The notes beneath the pieces were generated by a model that made no database searches, was not told the DNA's origin, and worked only from the letters and a program-made list of their open reading frames with translations. A DNA stretch of 57,971 nucleotides from Omnitrophica bacterium GWA2_41_15 (lineage in GTDB: Bacteria > Omnitrophota > Gorgyraeia > Gygaellales > UBA12090): assembly GCA_919901925.1 (NCBI GenBank), contig CAKKQA010000033.1, positions 1 to 57,971 on the forward strand, in the 5' to 3' direction. Positions 33,171 through 44,122 of the stretch are shown here, piece by piece. The position numbers were made by a program, and so were the translations under genes. Positions within the stretch are counted from its first letter, which is position 1. Each line of letters starts with the position of its first letter.

Positions 33171-33530
33171 TTAAACTTTCTTCGCCTGCACTCGCGCAGC
33201 TTTAACCTTAGCCTGCTTGCCGACCTTGCCTCTTAAATAATAAAGCTTCGCGCGCTTGACACGCCCGCGTGAAACAATTTCGATTTTCTCAATCATGGGC
33301 GAATAAAGAGGAAAAACCCTCTCAATGCCTTCTCCGGAAGAAAGCTTGCGCACTGTAAAACACGTCTTTATTCCTGAACCGTTTTTGGCAATAACTATTC
33401 CCTCGAAAGGATGCAGGCGGACTTTGTCGCCTTCGGGAATCTTAGTCATCACCTTAACTGTATCGCCGATATTAAAGTCCGGCATCTTTTTCTTGATCTG
33501 CCCTTCCTCAATAAGTTTCATCATGTCCAT
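33171..33530 (-). CDS. rplS: 50S ribosomal protein L19
   Basis: 119 aa; PDFNIGDTVKV...RLHPFEGIVIA...RVFPLYSP colinear with L19. Confidence 0.95.
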   Translation of the reverse strand: MDMMKLIEEGQIKKKMPDFNIGDTVKVMTKIPEGDKVRLHPFEGIVIAKNGSGIKTCFTVRKLSSGEGIERVFPLYSPMIEKIEIVSRGRVKRAKLYYLRGKVGKQAKVKAARVQAKKV

Positions 33531-33553
33531 GTGTTTTTCTCTCCTTTGTGTGT

Positions 33554-34306
33554 TTATTTTAATAGATCCGGCCTTCTCTTCTTAGTTATCTTGACCGCTT
33601 CTTCCTTACGCCACGTTAGAATTTCCTGGTGGTTTCCCGACAATAAAATCTTTGGGACATTTTTGCCTCTAAATGATGCCGGACGCGTATATTGCGGATA
33701 TTCTAATAGCCCCGCGCAAAATGATTCCGATTTGTTTGATTCATCATGGCCAAGAACTCCGGGTATAAGGCGCGCCAGGCAATCCGATAAAACCATCGCC
33801 GCCAGCTCTCCGCCGGTTAATACATAATCGCCTATCGAAACCTCTTCGTCAACCAAATATTTTCTTACCCGTTCGTCTACACCTTCATAATGCCCACAAA
33901 TCAAAATTAGATGCTCTTGACTTGACAGCCCTAAAGCCATCTTCTGGTCTAATTTTTTTCCTTTTGGTGAAAGCAATATAATTTTTGTCTTTCTCTTTTT
34001 CTGCCTTAACCCTTTCCTGTCCCCCGAAGCCTTACCGTTATTTTGTTGTTGAATGGCGAAGGGGGAACCCTTAACCCTTAACCCTATTTTTTCCACCGCG
34101 CGAAATATCGGTTCAGGGCTAAGCACCATCCCCGGGCCGCCGCCAAACGGGCGGTCGTCAACTTTTTTATGTTTATCAAGAGTGTAATCACGTAAATTAT
34201 GGACGCGTACTTGAAGCTTGCCTTTATCGCGGGCTCTTTTTAAGATCGATTCGCTGAAATACGGCCTGACAACTTCCGGAAAAATGGTAATAATATCAAT
34301 GAGCAT
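33554..34306 (-). CDS. trmD: tRNA (guanine37-N1)-methyltransferase with a repeat-derived insertion
   Basis: [12 protein letters not shown] and [10 protein letters not shown] motifs. ~30 extra residues ([34 protein letters not shown]) are encoded by CTTAACCC-type units. Confidence 0.92.
   Translation of the reverse strand: MLIDIITIFPEVVRPYFSESILKRARDKGKLQVRVHNLRDYTLDKHKKVDDRPFGGGPGMVLSPEPIFRAVEKIGLRVKGSPFAIQQQNNGKASGDRKGLRQKKRKTKIILLSPKGKKLDQKMALGLSSQEHLILICGHYEGVDERVRKYLVDEEVSIGDYVLTGGELAAMVLSDCLARLIPGVLGHDESNKSESFCAGLLEYPQYTRPASFRGKNVPKILLSGNHQEILTWRKEEAVKITKKRRPDLLK
34005..34085. repeat. Family D units inside the trmD coding sequence
   Basis: CTTAACCC ... CCTTACCG ... CCCTTAACCCTTAACCC in frame. 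Confidence 0.75.
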
Positions 34307-34308
34307 AG

Positions 34309-35556
<1,248 letters not shown>

Positions 35557-35560
35557 TTGT

Positions 35561-36574
35561 TTAAATAATCAACATGGCATCGCCATAGCTATAAAACCGG
35601 TATTTTTCTTTGATTGCTTCATCATACGCGCGCATAATAAATTCTCTTCCCGCAAAAGCGCTCACCAACATAAAAAGAGTTGTTTTGGGCAGATGAAAAT
35701 TGGTCAACAGGCAATCTACAACATTAAACTTATACCCGGGGTAAATAAAAATATCCGTAAACCCGCGATATATGTTGGACGTCCGACGTCCAACATTTTT
35801 TCCCACGGCTTCTAATGCCCGGGCAGTAGTAGTTCCGCAGGCAAACACCTTTCCCGCATTTTCCTTTATACCGCGCAATTTCCCGGCCACATTACCGCTG
35901 ACAATATATTCCTCGGTATCCATTTTATGCTCTCTGATATCCTCACATTTTACCGGCTTAAATGTCCCGGTGCCGACATGCAGTGTTATACAGGAAACTG
36001 CCGCGCCTTTTGCCTTTATCTTTTCTAATATCCGTTTGGTAAAATGCAATCCGGCAGTCGGCGAGGCAATGGCTCCTTGCTTTCGGGCATAGACCGTCTG
36101 GTATTGTTTCTCGTCTGACTTCCCCGGCAGGCGTTTTATATAAGGCGGAAGCGGCATAACCCCGATTTTTTCTAGCCGCTTCATAGATAAGGGGCGGCGA
36201 AACTCTAAAATCCTGCCTTCCTTAAACACCGCCGAAACACTGCCGTTGTTGAAAATAATTTCCTGGCCTATTCGTAAGGCAGGTTTGACTAAAACTTCAT
36301 ATTCCTTTTCGTTAAGTTTGCGAGACAACAAAACATCCACCCTGCCAAAGGTGCTTTTTTTACGGCCGAGAATGCGCGCGGGGATAACTTTAGTATCGTT
36401 TAAAACAAGCATATCCGGCGGATTGATATAATTCAGGAAATCGCTAAAACGAGCATGGACAATCTTTTCTGTTTTTCTCTCTACCACCATTAACCGGCAT
36501 CCGTCGCGCCGTTTAAGAGGATGCTGTGCGATTAGTTCTTTAGGCAGGAAATAATCAAAGTCAGATAGCCGCAT
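35561..36574 (-). CDS. queA: S-adenosylmethionine:tRNA ribosyltransferase-isomerase
   Basis: 337 aa; MRLSDFDYFLPKELIAQHP start and PLPPYIKR motif. Confidence 0.95.
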   Translation of the reverse strand: MRLSDFDYFLPKELIAQHPLKRRDGCRLMVVERKTEKIVHARFSDFLNYINPPDMLVLNDTKVIPARILGRKKSTFGRVDVLLSRKLNEKEYEVLVKPALRIGQEIIFNNGSVSAVFKEGRILEFRRPLSMKRLEKIGVMPLPPYIKRLPGKSDEKQYQTVYARKQGAIASPTAGLHFTKRILEKIKAKGAAVSCITLHVGTGTFKPVKCEDIREHKMDTEEYIVSGNVAGKLRGIKENAGKVFACGTTTARALEAVGKNVGRRTSNIYRGFTDIFIYPGYKFNVVDCLLTNFHLPKTTLFMLVSAFAGREFIMRAYDEAIKEKYRFYSYGDAMLII

Positions 36575-36637
36575 TTATCTGTGCCTATCTGTGTTTATGT
36601 CACTTGATACGATATCTGTGCCCATCTGTGTTTGTGT
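36575..36637 (-). repeat. Family E motifs (two copies) at the spoIID-like 3' end and queA start
   Basis: mRNA sense: CACAAACACAGATGGGCACAGATATC ... ACATAAACACAGATAGGCACAGATAA-ATG. Confidence 0.75.
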
Positions 36638-37759
36638 TTTCGCTCCGGGATAATAAAAATTCAAAATCACATGATAATCGTTATGGCGGCCGGCCATAAA
36701 ATACGCCCCCCACTGGCATAAACCCACGCCATGGCCCCATCCATAGCCTTCAAAATAAATAATATCCGCTATGTCGGCCATGATAAAGTTTGTGCTGCGG
36801 ACAAGATTAGGCCCCATCTTCTGCCGGAAATCTTTAGCGCTGATAACAGAACTAGACATATCTTCGTAAGTAAGCTTAAGCTGCGCGGCCCTTCCGGAAT
36901 TATCGCGCCCAAGTATTTCTATCGCAGTAATATTTGCCGCAGGCGCGTTTTTATCCTGTAATTTCTTGTTTATTTCCTTTAAAGGAAAAGCCGCCCTCCA
37001 TTTAAAATGCGGCGAGCCGGCGCAAAAACCGCAAACCACACCTTTAAGCGGGATAATATCAATCTGCCAAAGCTCCTTAGCATCTTCGGTATGCCCACCG
37101 CAGGTAGCATAATAATAAGCAGGAAATACTTTACCTTCAAAAGTTAACACTTCGCCCCGCGTCGAGTCCACTGCCTCGTTTGTCCGCCATCTCTCGGCGA
37201 TTTTTCCGCCGTAAACCTGCGAATATACATCCGAAGTCAGGTCGAAATCTTTAGCCTTGGTATACTGCATACGATACAAGGCATAAGTCCGGGCAACAAC
37301 CGCCTGAGCCTTCAATGTCTCTGTGGGCCACCAGGCTGAGACCTCATAGGGAAGGACTCCTTTTATATAACTCTCCAGCCCCAATTCATTTATAACGCAC
37401 ACCTTGCGGTTATCCTTACGAAATATGTTTACTTGCTCCCTATAAGGGGTATCGTTTATATATATCAGCCCATTGTTAACTAGGCGTATACTAATCGCCT
37501 TGGCATCAACCTTTATATTTGACAATTTTATCTTGTCCGGATAGCCCTTAAGAAGCTCTTTTTTAAAATTATTCCCCGCGGAGAGAATACTGTTGTCGGA
37601 CATGTTATATATTTCAAACTTCCCCCGCACGGCCACATTTATCGATGGGGCATCCTGTAAAATAGCGATGCGCACAGAGGGCTCTTTTTGCGCGCAAAAC
37701 CCAAACGAAGCAGAAAATATAACAAGGCAAAAACTAAAAGAAATCACCCGTGTAATCAT
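36575..37759 (-). CDS. SpoIID/LytB-domain protein
   Basis: Signal-like N-terminus from M at 37759. AQAVVARTYA...YYATCGGHTE SpoIID core. The last ~20 aa are read from repeat array E2. The tracked ORF start 37825 lies inside repeat G2. Confidence 0.8.
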   Translation of the reverse strand: MITRVISFSFCLVIFSASFGFCAQKEPSVRIAILQDAPSINVAVRGKFEIYNMSDNSILSAGNNFKKELLKGYPDKIKLSNIKVDAKAISIRLVNNGLIYINDTPYREQVNIFRKDNRKVCVINELGLESYIKGVLPYEVSAWWPTETLKAQAVVARTYALYRMQYTKAKDFDLTSDVYSQVYGGKIAERWRTNEAVDSTRGEVLTFEGKVFPAYYYATCGGHTEDAKELWQIDIIPLKGVVCGFCAGSPHFKWRAAFPLKEINKKLQDKNAPAANITAIEILGRDNSGRAAQLKLTYEDMSSSVISAKDFRQKMGPNLVRSTNFIMADIADIIYFEGYGWGHGVGLCQWGAYFMAGRHNDYHVILNFYYPGAKTQTQMGTDIVSSDINTDRHR

Positions 37760-37772
37760 ATTAATTGGTTCT

Positions 37773-37976
37773 TTCGTAATTATTGTGAAAATGATTGAAT
37801 AGATAAAAGTGTTGTTCGCGCACAATTAGAAGATTTTTACCAAAGTCGGCAAGGATTTGCGGCGAATGAAGCGAGCTTATTTAAGTCTATATTAGATGTC
37901 GTGAGAGCGCAATGAGCCGCAAACCGTAGCCGACGGAAAAAATTTTCGTGTGCGAACAACACTTTTATCTATCATC
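37773..37976. repeat. Family G element (G2), upstream of the SpoIID-like gene
   Basis: Second copy. Terminal stem AATAGATAAAAGTGTTGTTCGCGCAC / GTGTGCGAACAACACTTTTATCTATC, with a compensated G:C to A:T change. Confidence 0.88.
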
Positions 37977-38041
37977 TCGGTTATAGACAAGTTAGAATAA
38001 TTAGTCCGAATTATTTACGAATACCCCTAGATTTTATAAGT

Positions 38042-38263
38042 TTATCTTCTCGAACATAACCACAAAATCAACGAAAAGAATATACTTAAGACAAGGCTTG
38101 TGGCAAGCGGAAAAAAAATGGTAAAATTTTTCTTCTGGATATAAATATCACCGGGCAATTTACCTAAAAAGGGCACTTTGTTCACAAAAGTCAAAAGCGC
38201 GCCAAATATAATCAAGACTATTCCAAAAACAACCAGTGATTTGCCAATCGAAGGAAAGTCCAT
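38042..38263 (-). CDS. Small membrane protein, DUF2905-like
   Basis: 73 aa, two TM segments, LPGDIYIQKKNFTIFFPLATS motif. Confidence 0.7.
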   Translation of the reverse strand: MDFPSIGKSLVVFGIVLIIFGALLTFVNKVPFLGKLPGDIYIQKKNFTIFFPLATSLVLSIFFSLILWLCSRR

Positions 38264-38274
38264 ATTAACGCCTG

Positions 38275-38808
38275 TTACTTACCCTTATATCTTTCAATCT
38301 CTGAATAAACACACCCGCAATACTTCTGTTGATACAACCCCAATTGCTTTGCCTTGTCATAGGCATCACGGAAGCCGCCACGAAAATCCTCATAAACAAA
38401 CTCGATAGATTCATCCCGGGCAACTCTCGCGCCTATTTCACGCAACGCATCCTGATCCTGATAAGGGCTGACTAAAAGCGTAGTCGAAAAATAAGCAAAC
38501 CCGTTTTCTTTCGCGAACTTCGCGGTTTTCCTAAGGCGCAATTCCCAGCATATAAAGCACCTTTCTGGCTTTTCTTCTTTAAGGTTTACTGCCCGGAAAA
38601 AATCAGCCGGGCTATATGCCGGATAAACAATTTCCGCCCCCGAAATAATGGCAAAACTTTCAACTGCCTGTTTTCTGTTTTTATATTCACCGAAAGAATG
38701 GATATTCGGGTTATAAAATAGACCCGTTACTTTATACCCCTTTTCCCTTAACTTTTCTAAAGGATAAATCAAACACGGCGCGCAGCAGGTATGCAGCAAC
38801 AACTTCAT
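38275..38808 (-). CDS. queH: Epoxyqueuosine reductase QueH (DUF208)
   Basis: LLHTCCAPC N-terminal Cys motif and C-terminal YCGCVYS. Confidence 0.85.
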   Translation of the reverse strand: MKLLLHTCCAPCLIYPLEKLREKGYKVTGLFYNPNIHSFGEYKNRKQAVESFAIISGAEIVYPAYSPADFFRAVNLKEEKPERCFICWELRLRKTAKFAKENGFAYFSTTLLVSPYQDQDALREIGARVARDESIEFVYEDFRGGFRDAYDKAKQLGLYQQKYCGCVYSEIERYKGK

Positions 38809-38837
38809 GTGGCTATTCCATTAAACTAATTATTTTT

Positions 38838-38972
38838 AAAATCCTAAACTCGAAACCATAAATTCTAAACAAACTATAAATTACAAACATTAAACACTAA
38901 ACTGACTGTTTGTGATTTGTGATTTATAATTTAGGATTTGTTTAGAGTTTAGAATTTAGTGTTTAGAGTTTT
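38838..38972. repeat. Family F hairpin built from 7-nt TTTAGAG/CTAAAC-type units
   Basis: Left arm ...CCTAAACTCGAAACCATAAATTCTAAACAAACTATAAATTACAAAC..., right arm ...GTTTGTGATTTGTGATTTATAATTTAGGATTTGTTTAGAGTTTAGAATTTAGTGTTTAGAG. Confidence 0.8.
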
Positions 38973-40046
38973 TCACTTATCTTTAAAAAGCTCTTCCTGT
39001 TCTTCCTTATTATACTTAATCCCGAAATGCTCGTAGGCGATTTTTCCCGCCACCCTGCCGCGGCTGGTACGAGTAATAAAGCCTGCCTTCAACAAATACG
39101 GCTCAATACTGTCTACCAACGTATCTACTTCTTCATTAAGCGTCGCGGCCAAAGACTCTACACCGACAGGCCCGCCATTGTAATTCTTCAATATTGTTAA
39201 AAGGACTTTCCGGTCAATATCGTCCAGCCCGAACTTGTCAATCCTTAAACCGTCAAGCGCGAAGTTGGCAATTTCAGCGTCTATCTGGGATTTTTTATTT
39301 ACCTGCGCGTAATCCCTGACCCTGCGCAAAAGCCTGTTAGCCACCCGCGGAGTCCCTCTTGAACGCGCCGCGATAGTTAAGGCCGCGTCTTTGGATATCC
39401 CTATCCCTAATATCCCCGCGGAATTAATCACTATTTTACTTAAGTCTTCATTATCATAAAACTCCAAATGATAGAACATGCCGAACCTCCCGCGCAAAGG
39501 CGAACTTAAAAGCCCCTGACGGGTGGTAGCGCCTATCAGCGTAAAAGGTTTCAGGTTGAACTTTATCGTTTTAGCATATGGCCCCTTATCGATCACAAAG
39601 TCAATCTGAAAATTTTCCATCGCCGGATACAAAAACTCTTCAACAACTTTGGAAAGCCTGTGTATTTCATCAATAAAAAGTATATCCCCTTTTTCAAGGT
39701 TGGTAAGTATCCCGATCAAATCGCCTGCCCGCTCAATCGCCGGGCCGCTTGTGGCGGTGACCTTTGCCTGCATTTGGTGGCTAACGATATGCGCCAAAGA
39801 AGTTTTTCCCAATCCCGGAGGGCCGTTAAAAAGCAGATGCTCTAACGGCTCATTTCTTTCCCGTGCAGCCTTGATCGCGACTTTTAGATTCTCAACGACA
39901 GCCCGCTGCCCGATAAAATCCTCAAGCCTCTTAGGCCTAAGCGACAGGTTCAAAATCACATCTTCTTCTGTTTCTTGTTTTATATCCTTTAGCGGGTTGG
40001 CTTGAGAAGACTGGGGAGTTAAGACTTTCTTATATTCTTGCGGCAT
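38973..40046 (-). CDS. ruvB: Holliday junction branch-migration helicase RuvB
   Basis: GPPGLGKTSLA Walker A, DEIHRL Walker B. A start at 40046 is preferred; the tracked 40130 would overlap scpA by 77 nt. Confidence 0.9.
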   Translation of the reverse strand: MPQEYKKVLTPQSSQANPLKDIKQETEEDVILNLSLRPKRLEDFIGQRAVVENLKVAIKAARERNEPLEHLLFNGPPGLGKTSLAHIVSHQMQAKVTATSGPAIERAGDLIGILTNLEKGDILFIDEIHRLSKVVEEFLYPAMENFQIDFVIDKGPYAKTIKFNLKPFTLIGATTRQGLLSSPLRGRFGMFYHLEFYDNEDLSKIVINSAGILGIGISKDAALTIAARSRGTPRVANRLLRRVRDYAQVNKKSQIDAEIANFALDGLRIDKFGLDDIDRKVLLTILKNYNGGPVGVESLAATLNEEVDTLVDSIEPYLLKAGFITRTSRGRVAGKIAYEHFGIKYNKEEQEELFKDK

Positions 40047-40053
40047 AATATGT

Positions 40054-40782
40054 TTAACATACGCTTGGGGTAAGCTTCTCGCCATTACGCATGACCATGA
40101 TTTCCCCAAACATGTTTTTCTGAAGCACAACGATTTCTTTCATGCGAATAAGCTCCAAAACAGCCAGGAACGTGACCACTATTTCTATTCTGCCTTTCGA
40201 CTTTTCAAACAAAACAGACAAAGAAAACATCCGCTTATTCATAAACATATGCAGCAAACTATGGACCTTGTCTTCAACAGTGAATTCATCTTTTATGACC
40301 TCATAAAATAAATCCTTCGGGACTTCTTTTAGCGCCTTAGAAAAAGCGTCGATTAAATCAAAAAGGCTGGCCTCAAAATATACCTCCGTCTTTGAGTTTT
40401 CCTCGGAAACCTCGCGGGTAAAAATATTCTGCCTCAGAAGTTCTTTCTCACGCAAAATCCTGGCCGCCTCTTTATACTTTTGGTATTCCAAAAGCCTCTT
40501 AACCAACTCCGCGCGCGGGTCTTCCTGTTCTTCAAGCATTTCTTCGCATGGAGCCGGCGGCAGGAGCATTTTAGACTTAATATTGATCAAAGTAGCGGCC
40601 ATAACCAGAAATTCCCCTGCCACATTCAAATCTAAAAGGCGCATCAAATCCAGATATTCAAGATACTGTTCTGTAACTTTAGCAATCGGTATATCATAGA
40701 CATTAAGATGGTCCTTCTTAACAAGATACAGCAATAAATCAAGCGGCCCTTCAAATAACTCTAATTTTATCTTATAGCTCAT
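40054..40782 (-). CDS. scpA: Segregation and condensation protein A
   Basis: MSYKIKLELFEGPLDLLLYLV start. The tracked extension to 40821 runs into repeat A6. Confidence 0.88.
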   Translation of the reverse strand: MSYKIKLELFEGPLDLLLYLVKKDHLNVYDIPIAKVTEQYLEYLDLMRLLDLNVAGEFLVMAATLINIKSKMLLPPAPCEEMLEEQEDPRAELVKRLLEYQKYKEAARILREKELLRQNIFTREVSEENSKTEVYFEASLFDLIDAFSKALKEVPKDLFYEVIKDEFTVEDKVHSLLHMFMNKRMFSLSVLFEKSKGRIEIVVTFLAVLELIRMKEIVVLQKNMFGEIMVMRNGEKLTPSVC

Positions 40783-40794
40783 TTGGGCATTCTT

Positions 40795-40899
40795 GTCATT
40801 GCGAGGAGCTGTCGTTTGCATTGGCGACGAAGCAATCTCGTCTTTAAAAACGAGATTGCTTCGTCACTGACATGCTAAACGAAGGTTCCTCGCAATGAC
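40795..40899. repeat. Family A element (A6)
   Basis: Same consensus with perfect 13-bp outer and 15-bp inner stems. Confidence 0.92.
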
Positions 40900-40915
40900 A
40901 AATGTGTGATTCCAC

Positions 40916-41896
40916 TTACAAACCAATCAGCGCCTTTGCTTGTGAAATAGTTTTTGATGCTACTGCCTGCGCTTTAATCCGGCCCTGCTCCAGCATTTCA
41001 ATTATGCGCTTTTTATCCTGCAAAAGCTCATTTCTCTTTTCTTGTATCGGGCTTAAAAAGTTTACCAGCGCTTCAGCTAATTCTTTTTTACATTCGGCGC
41101 AGCCTATTTTAGCCTGCCGGCAGGCCTCCTCGACTTCTTTCTTTCTACAGGGCGCGAAAATCCCGTAATACTTATGCACGTTACAATTTTCAGGATGCCC
41201 GGCGTCTGCGCGCAGGACCCTTTTAGGGTCGGTAAACATACTCTGTACTTTTTTACGGATATCCTCAGGCCTTTCGGAAATAGCGATTGTATTATTGTAA
41301 CTTTTGCTCATCTTTCTGCCGTCGAGCCCGGCCAGGCGGTCATTTTCGGCAAGAATAGCTTTGGCTTCAGGAAAAACATCTTCGCCATAAAGGCTGTTAA
41401 ACCTGCGGCCTATTTCGCGGGCCAGCTCTAAATGCGGCAGTTGATCTTCGCCCACAGGAACGGCGTTTGCTTTGTATAGAAGTATGTCCGCGGCTTGCAA
41501 AACAGGATATCCCAGAAATCCATAAGTGCTGATATTGCGATTAGTGATTTCCCGCAGTTGTTCTTTATAAGTCGGGCATCTCTCCAGCCATCCCAAAGGA
41601 GTGATTATCGAAAAAATCATGTGCAGATCGAGGTGCTCCTTAACATGAGACTGGACAAATATCGTGGAGTCTTTAGGCGAAATCCCGCTTGCCAGCCAGT
41701 CTATGGCGTTATCGATTATATTTTCTCTTAAGGCTTTTGGCTTTTCGTATTCTGACATCAACGCATGCCAGTCAGCAACCATGAAGAAACAGTCATATTC
41801 TTTCTGAAGTTTCTTCCAGTTTTCCAACACGCCTATCAAATGGCCTAAATGAAGCGGCCCTGTGGGACGCATACCGCTAAGTATTCGTTTTCTCAT
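40916..41896 (-). CDS. trpS: Tryptophan--tRNA ligase with a C-terminal multi-Cys motif
   Basis: Class I HIGH variant (PTGPLHLGHL) and KMSKS. Cys238/250/259/266/269 cluster. Confidence 0.94.
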   Translation of the reverse strand: MRKRILSGMRPTGPLHLGHLIGVLENWKKLQKEYDCFFMVADWHALMSEYEKPKALRENIIDNAIDWLASGISPKDSTIFVQSHVKEHLDLHMIFSIITPLGWLERCPTYKEQLREITNRNISTYGFLGYPVLQAADILLYKANAVPVGEDQLPHLELAREIGRRFNSLYGEDVFPEAKAILAENDRLAGLDGRKMSKSYNNTIAISERPEDIRKKVQSMFTDPKRVLRADAGHPENCNVHKYYGIFAPCRKKEVEEACRQAKIGCAECKKELAEALVNFLSPIQEKRNELLQDKKRIIEMLEQGRIKAQAVASKTISQAKALIGL

Positions 41897-44085
41897 AATT
41901 TTCTAGCTGTCTTCTCTTCCCCATACGCCTCAAGTATATCGCCTTCCATTATACCGTCGAATCCCGCCAAAGACACGCCGCACTCCATGCCCTCGGCAAC
42001 TTCGCGCACATCATCTTTGAAGCGTTTCAGGGCGCGGATAGTTCCGTCGAATACAACCTCTCCGTTACGGGACACGCTTATTTTGGCCGCGCGGATGATC
42101 TTTCCTTTTTCCACGTAACAGCCGGCAACTGTTCCGCCCCTGCTTAATTCAAAAACCTGGCGGATAATCAACCTGCCTATAAATATCTTTTTAACCTTCG
42201 GCTCCAGCATCCCTTCAAGCGCGCCCTTTAGGTCATTGATCAATTCGTAAATGACATTATAGGTGCGTATATCAACCCCGCTTTTATCGGATTCCACTTT
42301 TGAACGCTCATCATCTGTCACATGGAAACCCAGGATTATAGCTCCGGATGCTTCAGCCAAAATAACGTCGGAAAGATTAATGTTCCCCATACCCTGATGG
42401 ATTATGTTAAGTTTCACTTCAGAAGAAACATCGAATTTTTTTAATGATTCTGTTATCGCTTCCAAAGAACCGCCGACATCGGCTTTTAAAATAAGCTTTA
42501 ATTCTTTGATCTTTCCCTCTTTAATCTGGCTGGAAAAATCTTCCAGGCTCATCATCTTGATCGGGCGCAATTCTTTTTCTCTTAACGCGTCTTTTCTTTT
42601 TCCCGCGATCTCTTTTGCTTTCTTCTCGTCGGATACGGCAAAAAACTGCTCCCCTGCCTCAGGCAACCCGGGCAATCCTAATACCTCAACCGGTTCTGAA
42701 GGGCCGGCTGCCGCGATATGCTTAAAGAATTCATTATGCATGGCCCTGACCTTCGCGCAAAATGGCCCGACAATAATGGTATCCTGCGTATGCAGGGTGC
42801 CGTTTTCCACTAGAAGCGTTGCCACAATCCCTCTGCCTTCGCTGATCTTGGCATCCAAAACTATGCCGCTGGCTAATCTATCCGGGTCTGCTCTTAACTC
42901 CAGCATTTCCGCTTCCAGTAAAATCATATCCAGTAAATCATCTATACCTTGACCGGTCTTAGCCGATACCCCGACAGTAATAGTCTTTCCGCCCCAGTCT
43001 TCCGGCATATGCCCCATTTCTGATAATTGCTTTTTCACCTTATCAATATTAACCTGCGGCTTATCGATTTTATTCATCGCGACGATAATCGGCACCCCAG
43101 CCTCTTTAGCGTGATCAGCTGCTTCTACTGTTTGAGGCATTACTCCGTCATCGGCAGCGACAACCAAAACAACCATATCAGTTACTTTAGCGCCTCTGGC
43201 GCGCATCGCGGTAAAAGCCTCATGCCCCGGGGTATCCAGAAATGTAATCTTACCTTTTGGTAAAATTACCTCATACGCTCCTATATGCTGGGTGATCCCG
43301 CCATATTCTCTTTCGGCAACCTTGGACTTGCGTATAGCATCCAACAACGATGTCTTACCGTGGTCTACATGGCCCATAAAAGTAACAATGGGCGAACGCG
43401 GTTTTAATTTCGCGGGATCTTGGGACTCATGCGAACTAAAAAGTAATTCTTCTTCTGTAGGCTTTTTCTTAATTTGATAGCCGTATTCCGCGGCTATCTT
43501 TCTTGCTAACTCCTCATCTAACGACTGATTAAGATTAGCGAGAATCTTGTGTTCAATAAGAAGCTTCTTAATTAGAACCGCTGGCTTTTCCTGCATTGAA
43601 CCAGCAAGGTCTTTAAGGGCAATAGGCAAATCAAGCTCAATGATCTTTGCTTGCGGTTTTTCAGGCACAGGTGAAACTTCCTTAACAACAGGCGGCGCAA
43701 TATGTATTGGCTGGCTTTGCGGCTTAGGCTCTTCCGCAATCGGCGCCTTCGGCACTGATATAGGCTTTACCGCTATAGGCTTAATTTCGGGTTTATTGAC
43801 TTCCTCTTTTATAAGCGCGGCCGCGCTTACCGCTGGTTGAACAACAGGCTTTATGTCCGCGACAGGCTTAACCTCGACTGCGCGGACAACCGGCTTATGT
43901 CCAATCTTTTTAGCCGGTTTAAACGCGAGCGCTGATGTTTTTACCCGCGCTATCGGCGCTTTCGCCGGCTTCTTTACAGCCGGTTTTCCGGCAATCTTTA
44001 CGGCTTTCAACTTCTTAGCAACAGCCACTTTTTTTACCTTCTCTTTTGTTTGTGTTTTTGCTTCAGTTTTCTTTTTAAGTACCAT
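41893..44085 (-). CDS. infB: Translation initiation factor IF-2
   Basis: 730 aa; basic/Pro-rich N-terminus, [12 protein letters not shown] and DTPGHEAF GTPase motifs. Confidence 0.96.
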   Translation of the reverse strand: MVLKKKTEAKTQTKEKVKKVAVAKKLKAVKIAGKPAVKKPAKAPIARVKTSALAFKPAKKIGHKPVVRAVEVKPVADIKPVVQPAVSAAALIKEEVNKPEIKPIAVKPISVPKAPIAEEPKPQSQPIHIAPPVVKEVSPVPEKPQAKIIELDLPIALKDLAGSMQEKPAVLIKKLLIEHKILANLNQSLDEELARKIAAEYGYQIKKKPTEEELLFSSHESQDPAKLKPRSPIVTFMGHVDHGKTSLLDAIRKSKVAEREYGGITQHIGAYEVILPKGKITFLDTPGHEAFTAMRARGAKVTDMVVLVVAADDGVMPQTVEAADHAKEAGVPIIVAMNKIDKPQVNIDKVKKQLSEMGHMPEDWGGKTITVGVSAKTGQGIDDLLDMILLEAEMLELRADPDRLASGIVLDAKISEGRGIVATLLVENGTLHTQDTIIVGPFCAKVRAMHNEFFKHIAAAGPSEPVEVLGLPGLPEAGEQFFAVSDEKKAKEIAGKRKDALREKELRPIKMMSLEDFSSQIKEGKIKELKLILKADVGGSLEAITESLKKFDVSSEVKLNIIHQGMGNINLSDVILAEASGAIILGFHVTDDERSKVESDKSGVDIRTYNVIYELINDLKGALEGMLEPKVKKIFIGRLIIRQVFELSRGGTVAGCYVEKGKIIRAAKISVSRNGEVVFDGTIRALKRFKDDVREVAEGMECGVSLAGFDGIMEGDILEAYGEEKTARKL

Positions 44086-44122
44086 ATTTTTATCCTATAA
44101 TTTTAGCAAAAAATATCAAGCT

